Source: an uncultured delta proteobacterium | GTDB lineage: Bacteria; Desulfobacterota; Binatia; Binatales; Binataceae | NCBI GenBank assembly: GCA_963848285.1 | Contig: CAWKCZ010000002.1 | Coordinates: forward strand, 129,358 to 193,357 | Direction of reading: 5' to 3' | Length of the DNA: 64,000 nt | Shown: piece by piece, positions 51,109 to 60,269 of the stretch | Position numbering within the stretch: the stretch's first letter is position 1 | How the letters are laid out: every line of letters begins with the position of its first letter | Notes under the pieces: generated by a model | Told to the model about the DNA's origin: nothing | Database searches by the model: none | What the model saw: only the letters and a program-made list of their open reading frames with translations | Position numbers and translations under genes: made by a program

Positions 51109-52355
51109 ATGGCTAATCAACCGCGCATGCTCGAAGGCTATCGGGTTCTCGATTTCACCCAATTCGTCGCGGGGCCGACCTGCACCCGGCTGCTCGCCGA
51201 GATGGGCGCCGAGGTCATCAAGCTCGAACTCGCGCCGGACGGCGATCGCGTGCGCGCCGGCGGACTCAAGCCGCAGGCGCCCGAGCTCAAGAACACCACC
51301 CACAGCACCTACTACCTGCAGCACAATCATTCGAAGCTCAGCTTCGCGATCGATTTGAAGAAGCCGGGCGCGCGCGAAATCGTGATGGCGATGCTCCCGC
51401 AACATCGACGTGGTGGTCGAGAATTTCGCACCGCACGTCATCGACCGGCTCGGCTTCTCCTACGAGGAAATCAGGAAGGTGAATCCCGAAGATCATCATG
51501 TGCTCGATTTCGATGGCGGGGCAGACCGGGCCGCTCTCCTACAAGGCCGGCTACGATTTCATCGGCCAGTCATACGCGGGAGTGACCGACGGTATCGGCG
51601 AGGCGGACGGCGCGCCAGCGATGACCACGATGGCGATTGGCGACGTCTCCACCGGCGTCGCGGCGGCGATGGCGGTCGGCTTTGCGCTGGTGCATCGCGA
51701 GCGCACCGGCGAGGGCCAGTACCTCGATGCGTCGTTGCTCGACACCTACTTCCATATGCATGAACAGAACGTCGCGTCGGTGTCGCTGCGCGGCGACAAG
51801 TTCCGTCCACGGCGCAGCGGCTCGCTGCATCCTGACGGCGGCCCGACCGGCATCCTATCGCTACAAGGGCGATCAGTATGTCTTCCTCACCGTCGTGCCG
51901 CATCAATGGCCGCAATTGGTGCGCGCGATGAAGATGCCGGAGCTGCGCGACCGATCCGCGCTTCAAGAGCGCGCGCGGCCGCCGCGACAATCGCTTCGAG
52001 CTGCGCGAGGTCATCGAAAAGTGGCTGGCGACATTCCCCACCCGCGACGATGCGATCGCCGCGCTCGATGCGGAGCGCGTGCCATGCGCTCCGGTGCTGT
52101 CGGTCAACGAGGCGGTCAAGCATCCGCATCTGAATGAGCGCAAGACCGTGCGATGGATTGAGGATCCGCTGCTCGGCAAGGTCGCGCTGCCCGCGGTGCC
52201 GGTGAAGTTTTCGGCATGGCCGGACAGGACCGAGCGTGCGCTCGGCGCGGCTGGGCGAGGACAACGAGCGCGTCCTGCACGAGCTGCTCAAGATGCCCGA
52301 CGATCAGATCAAGAAGCTCTACGCGGACGGCATCCTGGTGCGCGATTCGAGTTGA
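51109..52355 (+). CDS. CaiB/BaiF family (class III) CoA-transferase, heavily frame-disrupted
   Basis: MLEGYRVLDFTQFVAGPTCTRLLAEMGAEVIKLE, then DVVVENFAPHVIDRLGFSYEEIRKVNP and IMCSISMAGQTGPLSYKAGYDFIGQSYAGV. Further pieces are GQYLDASLLD, YRYKGDQYVFLTVVPHQWPQLVRAM and VPCAPVLSVNEAVKHPHL. The tail reads LGEDNERVLHELL..DGILVRDSS with a stop at 52353-52355. At least 5 frame changes. Confidence 0.7.
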
Positions 52356-52369
52356 AGTGATCGCGCGCT

Positions 52370-53229
52370 CTAGACGTAGAGCGAAGCGAGGCGCGTCAGT
52401 TCGGCTTCGTACTGATCGGGCTTCAACTGGTTCGGGCACCCCGATCGCGAATCGATGCGCGCCTGCTTTCGCATAGTCGTCGAGGCCTTTGTGGACCGCG
52501 TCGCGGTCGCCTTGAACGAAACCCATCGCGGTGATGTCGAGTTTCGCGAAGTCGCGACCGACCGCGTCGCATTCGCGGCGCAGCTCGTCGAGCTTGTTCT
52601 TCAGGTAGGCGTGCGGCACGCCGATCGGGCACCATCCGTCGGCCCACTTCGCGACGCGCTTGAGCGCGTTCTTGTCGAGGCTGCCGATGAGCACCGGCGG
52701 CCCGGGCTGCTGAACCGGTTTGGGGTTGCACTTCACCGGCGTGAACTTGACGTACTTGCCCTCGAACGAGGCCTCGTCTTTCGACCATAGCTCGCGCATC
52801 GCGGCGATGTATTCGGCGGTCTGGGTCCAGCGCCGAGGAAAATCGACGCCGAGCAGTTCCGATTCCTCGCGCAGCCATCCGGCGCCGATACCGAACAGAA
52901 AGCGGCCGTTGGAGAACGCGTCGAGGGTGGCGACTTCTTTCGCGGTGACGATCGCATTGCGCTCCGGTACCAGGCAGATGCCGGTCGCGAGCTTGAGACT
53001 CTTGGTCACTGCGGCGGCCATGCTGAGTGCGACGAAAGGGTCGCACATCTGCGAATAGACATTGGGAATCGGGCCGTTGGTGCCGGGGAATGGCGTCTTC
53101 GGATTGACCGGCAAGAATCGGATGCTCGGGAATCCAGATTGACTCGAAGCCGAGTTGTTCGGCTTTGCGCGCGAAGTCGGCGGGATTGGCGGTGTATCCG
53201 GTAAACGGCATCAGCAATCCGATTTTCAT
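52370..53229 (-). CDS. LLM-class F420-dependent oxidoreductase, 2 frame breaks
   Basis: MKIGLLMPFTGYTANPADFARKAEQLGFESIWIPEHP (ORF 52423..53250) joins ORF 52116..53114. That ORF reads PVNPKTPFPG..LATGICLVPERNAIVTAKEVATLDAFSNGRFLFGIGAGW..PPVLIGS. The probable tail DQYEAELTRLASLYV lies in another frame, with its stop at 52370-52372. Confidence 0.7.
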
Positions 53230-53292
53230 ATGCACACCTTGAGTTAGCAAAATGACAACAAAAAGTTAAGCACTCCGCGCCCGCGAGCCTGA

Positions 53293-54055
53293 TCAGTTCG
53301 CGTAGATGCGGATGGCCGGTCGGTTGATAGCTATAAAGAAGCGCGCGACGATCCGCGTCCGAGCGGTTTGCGAGCGATCGATGAACCAGGAACGGTCCGA
53401 AGAACACCACACTGCCGGCCGGCACTTCGACTGGAAGCAGGCGCGATAGATCATATTGAAGCGGGTCAATTTCGTTGCTGCCGAAGCCATCGACCTCGCG
53501 GCGCCTCGGCACTCCCTCGCGATGACTGCCGGGAACCATCTCGAGGCATCCGTTTTCAAGGGTGGCGTCATCGAGAAAGAGCAGCGCGGTAATGACGCGA
53601 GGAGCGACCGCGGCCAGATTTTCCCAATAGGGGAAATCCTGATGAAGCACGATTTTGCCGCCTTTGCGCGCGCGCTTGAGCGTCATCTTCTCGGTGAACA
53701 GCTGGATGTTTTCTTCGCCCACCGCGTCCTTACAAGGATCGATCAGGCGCGGATCGTGGGCCCATCGATGCAACTCGTCGCTGAGATGCGCGAAAGATTC
53801 CAGCGCCTGCACCAAGTCCGGATTGTCCGGCTCCCACTTGATGATGGTTTCGAGACCGCGCTGAATTTCGAACACGTAACTGCCGAGCGTGTGCCTGGTG
53901 CGGCGCTTTTCGGCGAGCAGCCGCTGCACCAGTGCCTCGCAAGCATCACCGATGGCGCGCACTTCATCCGTATCGAAAATCGCTCGGCGCACCACGAAGC
54001 CGCGCTCGTCGAGGTCGGCTTTTTCGCGCGCATCCAGTCTGAAGGTCTGGGTCAT
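53293..54055 (-). CDS. phytanoyl-CoA dioxygenase (PhyH) family Fe(II)/2-oxoglutarate oxygenase
   Basis: Internal start MTQTFRLDAREKADLDERGFVVRRAIF within ORF 53006..54340. It carries VLHQDFPYW (HxD) and LEMVPGSHREG, then FFGPFLVHRSLANRSDADRRALLYSY. The ATG overlaps the upstream stop (ATGA). The 3' end is uncertain: the in-frame ORF runs on into the next gene, and a TGA at 53293 lies in another frame. Confidence 0.65.
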
Positions 54056-54807
54056 CGTGGCACCGGCTCGAGCTGCCATTCGTTGGAATAGGCGCGGCGC
54101 ACGCGCGCGCTGCGGTTGGGTCCCGACGAATGCAGCGTGCGGCAATGATGAAACACCGCGCCGCCGGCAGGGACGGGCACCGGAACTGCGAGGGTGTTGT
54201 CGACGTCCTCGACCGAGACGACGTGAGTCGCGAAGTCGCCGCCGGTGGGACGATGCTCGCGGACTCCGCTGCGATGCGACCCCGGGATGAAACTCATACA
54301 TCCGCTTTCGACGGTCGCGGGATCGAGGGGCATCCAGCACGAGGTCGCGTGATATTTGAATGAGCGGTCCCAGTACGCTTCATCCTGATGCCACGGGAGC
54401 GCGCCGCTTTCGGTATCGCGGGGCGGCTTGCGAATCATGTGGCCCCATCCGCGCATATCCTTGAGCTCGAGGCCGAGCAACAGTGCAGCGAGAGTTCGTC
54501 CATTGCGCCAAAAAGTAGTCTTTTGGAGCTCGGAGAATTTCAGCTCAGGGAGCAGGATTTGCTTTTGCGAATCGACATCGGAGGTGCCATTGGGCCGGAC
54601 GACATCGACGAACGCGCCGGGGACCGGGCTGATGCGCTCGGCAAACATCCGGTCGTAAACCTCTCCGAGCCAGGCGAGTTCCTTATCGGTGGTAATGCGC
54701 TCGATTGAGGTAAAGCCGCATTCGCGAAACTGCTCGCAATTCGCCTCGGACAGCCGGACTGGGAACTCGCCCTCTGGACGCCGCGTCATTAGTTCTTCGA
54801 TGGTCAA
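54052..54807 (-). CDS. phytanoyl-CoA dioxygenase (PhyH) family Fe(II)/2-oxoglutarate oxygenase
   Basis: 251-aa intact ORF with LPWHQDEAYW (HxD) and MSFIPGSHRSG, then VFHHCRTLHSSGPNRSARVRRAYSNEW. Confidence 0.8.
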   Translation of the reverse strand: MTIEELMTRRPEGEFPVRLSEANCEQFRECGFTSIERITTDKELAWLGEVYDRMFAERISPVPGAFVDVVRPNGTSDVDSQKQILLPELKFSELQKTTFWRNGRTLAALLLGLELKDMRGWGHMIRKPPRDTESGALPWHQDEAYWDRSFKYHATSCWMPLDPATVESGCMSFIPGSHRSGVREHRPTGGDFATHVVSVEDVDNTLAVPVPVPAGGAVFHHCRTLHSSGPNRSARVRRAYSNEWQLEPVPR

Positions 54808-54885
54808 TGAATGCTCCGTGAGGCCAGTCCTAGCACCTGTCCAGAGTGTCTGTCATCCCGGAAAAATCGTGATCCCGCCTCGATT

Positions 54886-55061
54886 AAGTGGGTTTGTTTT
54901 GACGATTTGCTTCTTTCGATCGGCACATCGGAAAGGCGAAGGAAGGGCGAATGAAGTGGCTTTGTTTTTTCGTCTGCGGGACTCAAGGTTGTGCCATTCG
55001 AGGTCCTTCGCCGAGCCTCAGGACCACTTCTCAGCGATCACTGAGAAGTGGGTTTGTTTTT
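54886..55061 (+). repeat. three direct copies of AAGTGG[G/C]TTTGTTTT(T) in a gene-free gap
   Basis: The copies lie at 54886-54900, 54954-54970 and 55046-55061, spaced 68 and 92 nt apart. The core AAGTGG/CCACTT also occurs inverted at 55024-55030 and 55292-55298. Confidence 0.7.
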
Positions 55062-55069
55062 GCATTTTT
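55024..55069 (+). terminator. strong Rho-independent terminator on the plus strand with no plus-strand gene upstream
   Basis: Perfect 11-bp stem CCACTTCTCAG / CTGAGAAGTGG (55024-55034 and 55041-55051) with a 6-nt loop. It is followed by GTTTGTTTTTGCATTTTT. Confidence 0.7.
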
Positions 55070-55090
55070 CAGTTTCATCGGCGGGCCGCC

Positions 55091-55124
55091 AAAATGATTG
55101 CGGCGCCCTCATTCGGCGCCGCAA
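55091..55124 (-). terminator. Rho-independent terminator on the minus strand, ~235 nt downstream of the mmsA stop
   Basis: Perfect 10-bp stem TTGCGGCGCC / GGCGCCGCAA (55098-55107 and 55115-55124) with a 7-nt loop. On the minus strand it is followed by TCATTTTGG. Confidence 0.6.
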
Positions 55125-55359
55125 CCCGATGATAGCACATTTCGACTGGCAGAGGATCGATTGCTTACTGAGAGGTGGCGCTTCGCGAGGTAGCGCCTCG
55201 CAGGGGAACGGTCGCTAAAGAATCCGGAGCTGAGGACCCTCATCGGCCCGCACGCTTCATGCATCGCAGCCATCGCATGAACCGCGCCGGGCCACTTCCC
55301 CCGATCAACGGGGGAAGAAAAACACAGGGCGAAGGAACACAGAGCGGCGCGCCGAGGTG

Positions 55360-56848
55360 CTACTTGTTGGTCGGCATCGCGAAGTCGGCGCCGAGGCGAT
55401 CGGTTGGCCAGCGCGAGGTAATGGTTTTGAGGCGCGTGTAGAAGCGCACGCCCTCCAGGCCGTGCATCGCCATGTCGCCGAACATCGAGCGCTTCCATCC
55501 GCCGAAGCTGTGGAATGCCATCGGGACCGGAATCGGCACGTTGACGCCGACCATGCCGATTTGGACGCGGCTGGTGAACTCACGCGCAGCGCCGCCATCG
55601 CGGGTGAAAATCGAAGCGCCGTTGCCGTATTCGTTTTCGCTGATGAGCCGGATGCCTTCGTCGAGGTCGGGCACGCGGACCACCGAAAGGACCGGGCCGA
55701 AGATTTCGTCGCGATAGATTTTCATCGCGGGCGTGACGCGATCGAAGATGCAGCCGCCGACGAAGAAGCCGTCCTCGAAGCCTTTGACCTTGAGTGAGCG
55801 GCCGTCGACGGCGAGGGTCGCGCCTTCCTTGATGCCATGCTCGATATAGCCGCGTACGCGTTCGAGCGCCGCGCGCGTCACCAGGGGTCCCATCTCGACG
55901 CCCGCCTGCGTGCCGGGTCCGATCTTGAGCGCCTGCACCCGAGGCTTCAGTTTTTCGATGAGCGCGTCGCCGGCAGCGCCGACCGCCACCGCGACGGAAA
56001 TCGCCATGCATCGTTCGCCAGCCGATCCGTAGGCCGCGCCGACCAGCGCATCGGCTGCGTGAATCGAGGTCGGCGTCGGGCATCACCAGCATGTGATTCT
56101 TCGCGCCGCCCAGCGCCTGCACGCGTTTTCCGTTGGTCGCCGCGGTCGCATAAATGTGATTCGCGATCGGGGTCGAGCCGACGAAGCTGACCGCCGCGAT
56201 CCCCGGATGCGCGAGGATCGCATCGACCGCGCGCTTGTCGCCATGCACGACGTTGAAAACTCCGTCGGGCAGTCCGGCCTGCTTGAGCAGTTCCGCGATC
56301 ATCACGCTCGCCGAAGGATCGCTCGGCGACGGCTTGAGGATGAACGCATTGCCGCACGCGAGCGCGACCGGAAACATCCACATCGGCACCATCGCGGGAA
56401 AGTTGAATGGCGTGATGCCAGCGCATACGCCGAGCGGCTGGCGCATCGAGTACGAATCGATGCCGCGGCCGACGTTCTCGCTGAATTCGCCCTTGACCAG
56501 ATGTGGGATGCCGCATGCGAATTCCACCACTTCGAGACCGCGAGTCACTTCGCCGCGCGCATCGGAGAGGACCTTGCCATGCTCCGAGGTGATAAGCGCC
56601 GCGAGCTCCTCGCCGTGTTTCTCGATGAGATTGCGGAACTCGAACATGACGCGGGCGCGCGCGAGGGGAGGGGTCGCGGCCCATTCGGGAAACGCCGCGG
56701 AGGCGGCCTTCACTGCGGCGTCGACATCTTCGACGGTGCCCATGCATACTTTGCGCGCGAGGCGCCCGGTGGCGGGATTGAAAACCTCGCCGAGGTCGCC
56801 ATGGCCCTGAACCTTCGCCCCGCCGATGAAATGCGGAATAGTTTCCAT
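55360..56848 (-). CDS. mmsA: CoA-acylating methylmalonate-semialdehyde dehydrogenase, frame break(s) near 56040-56080
   Basis: [24 protein letters not shown].., then [87 protein letters not shown] lies in ORF 55580..56848. It joins [60 protein letters not shown] in ORF 55360..56007. Confidence 0.8.
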
Positions 56849-56911
56849 GCCCTCTTGTCGCGCGAAGCCTCGCGGACCGCAAGCGAGTCAGAGGCGGCAG
56901 CTTAGAGAGGC

Positions 56912-57238
56912 TTATGGAATAATCGCGAAGCCGAGGGCAGCATTCACGGTCGACTTCACCGCAGCGAGGATCTGGTTGATGGCATCCTGTACCGCAAGCA
57001 AGGTCAACGAGGTCATCGCCACGATTACACCCAGGGTCGCCTTGATCTGCATATCGAGCAGAGCCTGCGCGCCGGCCGGCGTGTAGTCATCCTTATGAAC
57101 CTCAATCGCGATGATCTGGATCGCGATCTTCTGCAGCTCAGGGACCGCGTACGTCTCCATATCGTGCCACATGGTTCCACCGAGAGTCTGCCCGGCGGAA
57201 ATCATCGTGTTAACCAGCCCGTTATAGTCAAGAGCCAT
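56912..57238 (-). CDS. small hypothetical protein (108 aa) with amphipathic/hydrophobic C-terminal half
   Basis: Internal ATG (57238) of ORF 56912..57394. It reads MALDYNGLVNTMISAGQTLGGTMWHDMETYAVPELQKIAIQIIAIEV..ATLGVIVAMTSLTLLAVQDAINQILAAVKSTVNAALGFAIIP. It overlaps the upstream lipoprotein gene by 11 nt. No family recognised. Confidence 0.45.
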   Translation of the reverse strand: MALDYNGLVNTMISAGQTLGGTMWHDMETYAVPELQKIAIQIIAIEVHKDDYTPAGAQALLDMQIKATLGVIVAMTSLTLLAVQDAINQILAAVKSTVNAALGFAIIP

Positions 57239-57818
57239 TGGCGCCTCCCGTCGAACTGGCGGTCTTCTTGGCGACCTCAACCGTAATGGCGGCGCGAAGC
57301 AGCGCGCCGAGTCCTCCCTCGAGGATGGGGCCCTTCGCGGAGGGCGGAATTCCCTTGACGCCCTGCGCCTGATGAAAGGTCTCCAGATCGCCATAGCCGC
57401 CCTTCACCAACTGCAGCAGAACTACCGAGCAATCGTCCTTGGGCATCTCGCTCAGGTATTTCGAGATTTCCGATGCCGGAATCGCGGTCGACACCGCTTT
57501 CGCCGAGAGCTGGGTGGAGGGACATGAATTGAGCGCCTTGTAGGCCTGCGCGCGAACGATCAGGGTGTCGACCCTGGCTTCCTGGGTGACATAGAAGTCC
57601 TTGTTCGGCGCATAGGTGCCCGGCGTGGTTCCTGCTTCGTCGATCATCTTGTTCACGAATGCGGTCAAATCCGTGTTGAGCTGGCCGAGTTCGGTGTCGG
57701 TCTGTTGATCGTAATCCGAGACCAGGTGCACCGCGCATCCGGCCGCGCAGAAGAGCAGAACGAGCAGCATCGCCGTCGCCGGTAGACTGCGGATGCTGCG
57801 GATCGACCTGGTGTGCAT
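57228..57818 (-). CDS. hypothetical lipoprotein (196 aa)
   Basis: Intact ORF starting MHTRSIRSIRSLPATAMLLVLLFCAAGC (lipobox). The helical-looking body contains two further Cys residues. No family recognised. Confidence 0.55.
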   Translation of the reverse strand: MHTRSIRSIRSLPATAMLLVLLFCAAGCAVHLVSDYDQQTDTELGQLNTDLTAFVNKMIDEAGTTPGTYAPNKDFYVTQEARVDTLIVRAQAYKALNSCPSTQLSAKAVSTAIPASEISKYLSEMPKDDCSVVLLQLVKGGYGDLETFHQAQGVKGIPPSAKGPILEGGLGALLRAAITVEVAKKTASSTGGANGS

Positions 57819-58066
57819 GCGCGAAGACCTCGATTTATGGTTCGAGCTGCGGAGACTATCTGCTCAATGCCATGGAGCACTGAATTCTCGCAAGTAGGAT
57901 TAACATCTGAATGCCCGCGCGCAGCGCTTTCCGATTGCCCACGCGGCGGGCTTTGGGTTAACAATAGGTTTGCCGCACAGGCTCAATGACCATACCCACG
58001 GAGTGGATGGAAACATGGAGAAATCGCACGACGATTCGCAGAACCCCGCCCAAACCCGAGAAGCCA

Positions 58067-59816
58067 ATGTCCACCAACTACTCGGCGGCGCGCCCCAAAC
58101 AGCCGCGGCCGCAGGAGTACTACGAGGACATCAAGCATAAGTTCGCCGAGGAACGCGACCTGCGCCTGAACTTTCGGCCGCAAGGGCACCAAGCAGTTTT
58201 TTACCGATTTCGAAGGCACGCCGTTCGAGCGTTACGAGGTCGATCCGTTCGTCGAAGCGGTGAAACCTCGCGAGCCACTCAATGACACCGTCGAGGTGCT
58301 GTTCATCGGCGGAGGATTTTCCGCGCTGCTGACTTCGGCGCGCCTGCGCGAGGTCGGCGTCGACAGCATCCGCATCGTCGAGCGCGGTGGCGATGTCGGC
58401 GGGACCTGGTACTGGAATCGCTATCCGGGCGTGGCATGCGATGTCGTCGCATACGACTACCTTCCGCTCCTCGACGAGATGAACTACGTGCCCAAGGACC
58501 ATTATGCGAAGGGCCCTGAGATTCTCGCTCACTGCCAGGCGATCGCGCGGCAAGTACAACTTCTATGAATTGGCGGTCTTCCAGACCACGGTCACCTCGA
58601 CGGTGTGGAACGAAGAAGAGCAGATGTGGCATCTCGAGACCGATCGCGGCGACCATATGCGCGCGCGCTTCGTCATCTGCGCCAACGGCACGCTCTCGAA
58701 GCCCAAGCTCTCGAAGATCAAAGGGATGGAGAAGTTCAAGGGCTACTCCTTCCACACCGGGCGCTGGGATTACGAATACACCGGCTCGGATTTGACCAAG
58801 CTGAAGGACAAGGTCGTCGGCATCATCGGGACCGGCGCGTCGGCGGTGCAGGCGATTCCGCGCCTCGGCGCCAACGCCAAGGAACTGTACGTCTTCCAGC
58901 GCACGCCGTCCTCGGTCGACATCAAGGACGATTGGGCGACCGATCCCGAATGGGCCAAGAAGCTGAAGCCGGGATGGCAGGCGGAGCGCCGCGCCAAGGC
59001 GAAAGCCGAGCCGCAGCATGTTCGATCAGATGCGGACGGAGCAGGCTAGACGGTCACGCGCGAGGAAAAAATCCGCCGCCAGGAGAACGCCAACATCGAC
59101 TACATGATGCGCATCCACAAGCGCATCGAGGAGATCGTCAAGGACAAGGCCACCGCCGATTCGCTCAAGCCGTGGTACATGTTCATGTGCAAGCGGCCGT
59201 GTTTCGACAATGACTATCTGCCAACCTACAACCGACCCAACGTTCATCTGATCGATACGCATGGCAAGGGCATCCTCGAAATCAACGAAGACGGGCCGGT
59301 GTTCGAGGGCAAGACCTACAAGCTCGACCTGCTCATCTACGCGACCGGCTTCGAGGTGCAGAAGACCGGCATCTACAACAAGATCGTCGGCGAGAACGGA
59401 CGCGACCTCAACGACAAGTACGCCGAGGGCATCCGCACGCTGCTCGGGATCCATACCGAGGGCTATCCCCAACCTGTTCATCATGGGTGGCTACCAGGCG
59501 TCGTTCCAGTTCAACCTGACCGACATGCTGCAGGCGCAGGGCGATCACATCGCGCAGTGCATCAACCACGCGCGCAAGCAACGGCTACCATACCATCGAG
59601 GTGACGCCGGAGTCCGAGGAGTGGTGGGTGCAGGAAGTCATCAAGCATCGCGGCAAGACCACCCGCAACCAGGATTGCACGCCGGGCTACTACAACTTCG
59701 AGGGCGAGTTCCAGCGTCGCCAGGACGGCAACTACAATGGCGGCTTCAATGCGTACTGCAATCACCTCGACGAGGTGAGCGCGCATCCGGAGCAGCATTT
59801 CACTTTCGGCAAGTAA
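58067..59816 (+). CDS. Baeyer-Villiger-type flavin monooxygenase (class B FMO), heavily frame-disrupted
   Basis: [31 protein letters not shown], then [17 protein letters not shown] (FAD GxGxxG) and [15 protein letters not shown]. The BVMO fingerprint is [11 protein letters not shown], and [13 protein letters not shown] is the NADP GxGxx[12 protein letters not shown] follows, and the tail reads [29 protein letters not shown]. The pieces lie in ORFs 57986, 58260, 58504, 59104, 59261 and 59601, with at least 5 frame changes. Confidence 0.7.
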
Positions 59817-59840
59817 CCGCCGATTGCACATGCTAACCGC

Positions 59841-59878
59841 GGGTGAGGGCGCGATGCGCCTCACCCGTTTTCATTTCT
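59841..59878 (+). terminator. Rho-independent terminator after the BVMO gene
   Basis: GGGTGAGGGCGC-GAT-GCGCCTCACCC forms an 11-bp stem with one bulged G. It is followed by GTTTTCATTT. The U-tract overlaps the stop codon (59871-59873) of the convergent gene. Confidence 0.6.
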
Positions 59879-60194
59879 CCGACCGCGTAGCTTGAACCTT
59901 CAGCGCGATATCGGCTGCATAGGTAACCGTGACGCGCTCCCCGCGACGCAGCGCTTTGGCATCGACGCTCTTGTCGGCCCGCAGATCGATGACCTTTCCT
60001 GTCGCGCCGGTGCGGACCGAGAACATGCCCGAGTTGGTATCAAGCTTCACGATGCGTCCGGTCACTGTATGGGTCTCGGCCTTTATCGAGTCTGGCGAAT
60101 TGGTCGTGCTCGCTGCCGGTGATTGCGCGAGGGCGGACGCGGACGGCATCGCAAGGAGCAGCGCGGAAAGCAGCAGTGGTCGGAAACTTTTCAT
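59871..60194 (-). CDS. small secreted beta-rich hypothetical protein (107 aa)
   Basis: Internal ATG (60194) of ORF 59871..60623. It reads MKSFRPLLLSALLLAMPSASALA/QS (signal peptide), then HTVTGRIVKLDTNSGMFSVRTGATGKVIDLRADKSV..GERVTVTY. This is an OB/CusF-like pattern, with no firm family call. Confidence 0.55.
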   Translation of the reverse strand: MKSFRPLLLSALLLAMPSASALAQSPAASTTNSPDSIKAETHTVTGRIVKLDTNSGMFSVRTGATGKVIDLRADKSVDAKALRRGERVTVTYAADIALKVQATRSEK

Positions 60195-60269
60195 GGCGAG
60201 GATATTCTCAAATTCCCGCCGAATGCGAAACGGCGTGCGGCGATGCTGGTGCGATGGTAGATTCGCGGC

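Noticed and set aside
54886-55061. Possibility that the three AAGTGGNTTTGTTTT copies are a mini CRISPR array
   Set aside because: The repeats are only 15-17 nt long. Spacing is irregular (68 and 92 nt). No cas genes are present in the window. One copy is plainly the 3' arm plus U-tract of a terminator.
54689-55132. 147-aa plus-strand ORF covering the structured intergenic gap
   Set aside because: It begins antisense inside the PhyH gene and reads straight through a strong terminator hairpin. It has no family resemblance. The motif copies fall in three different frames, which argues against a single long coding frame.
55295-55317. 9-bp stem-loop CTTCCCCCG-ATCAA-CGGGGGAAG as the mmsA terminator
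   Set aside because: On the minus strand (the mmsA sense) the U-run precedes rather than follows the hairpin. It does not fit a canonical intrinsic terminator. The hairpin at 55098-55124 with a trailing UCAUUUU is the better candidate.
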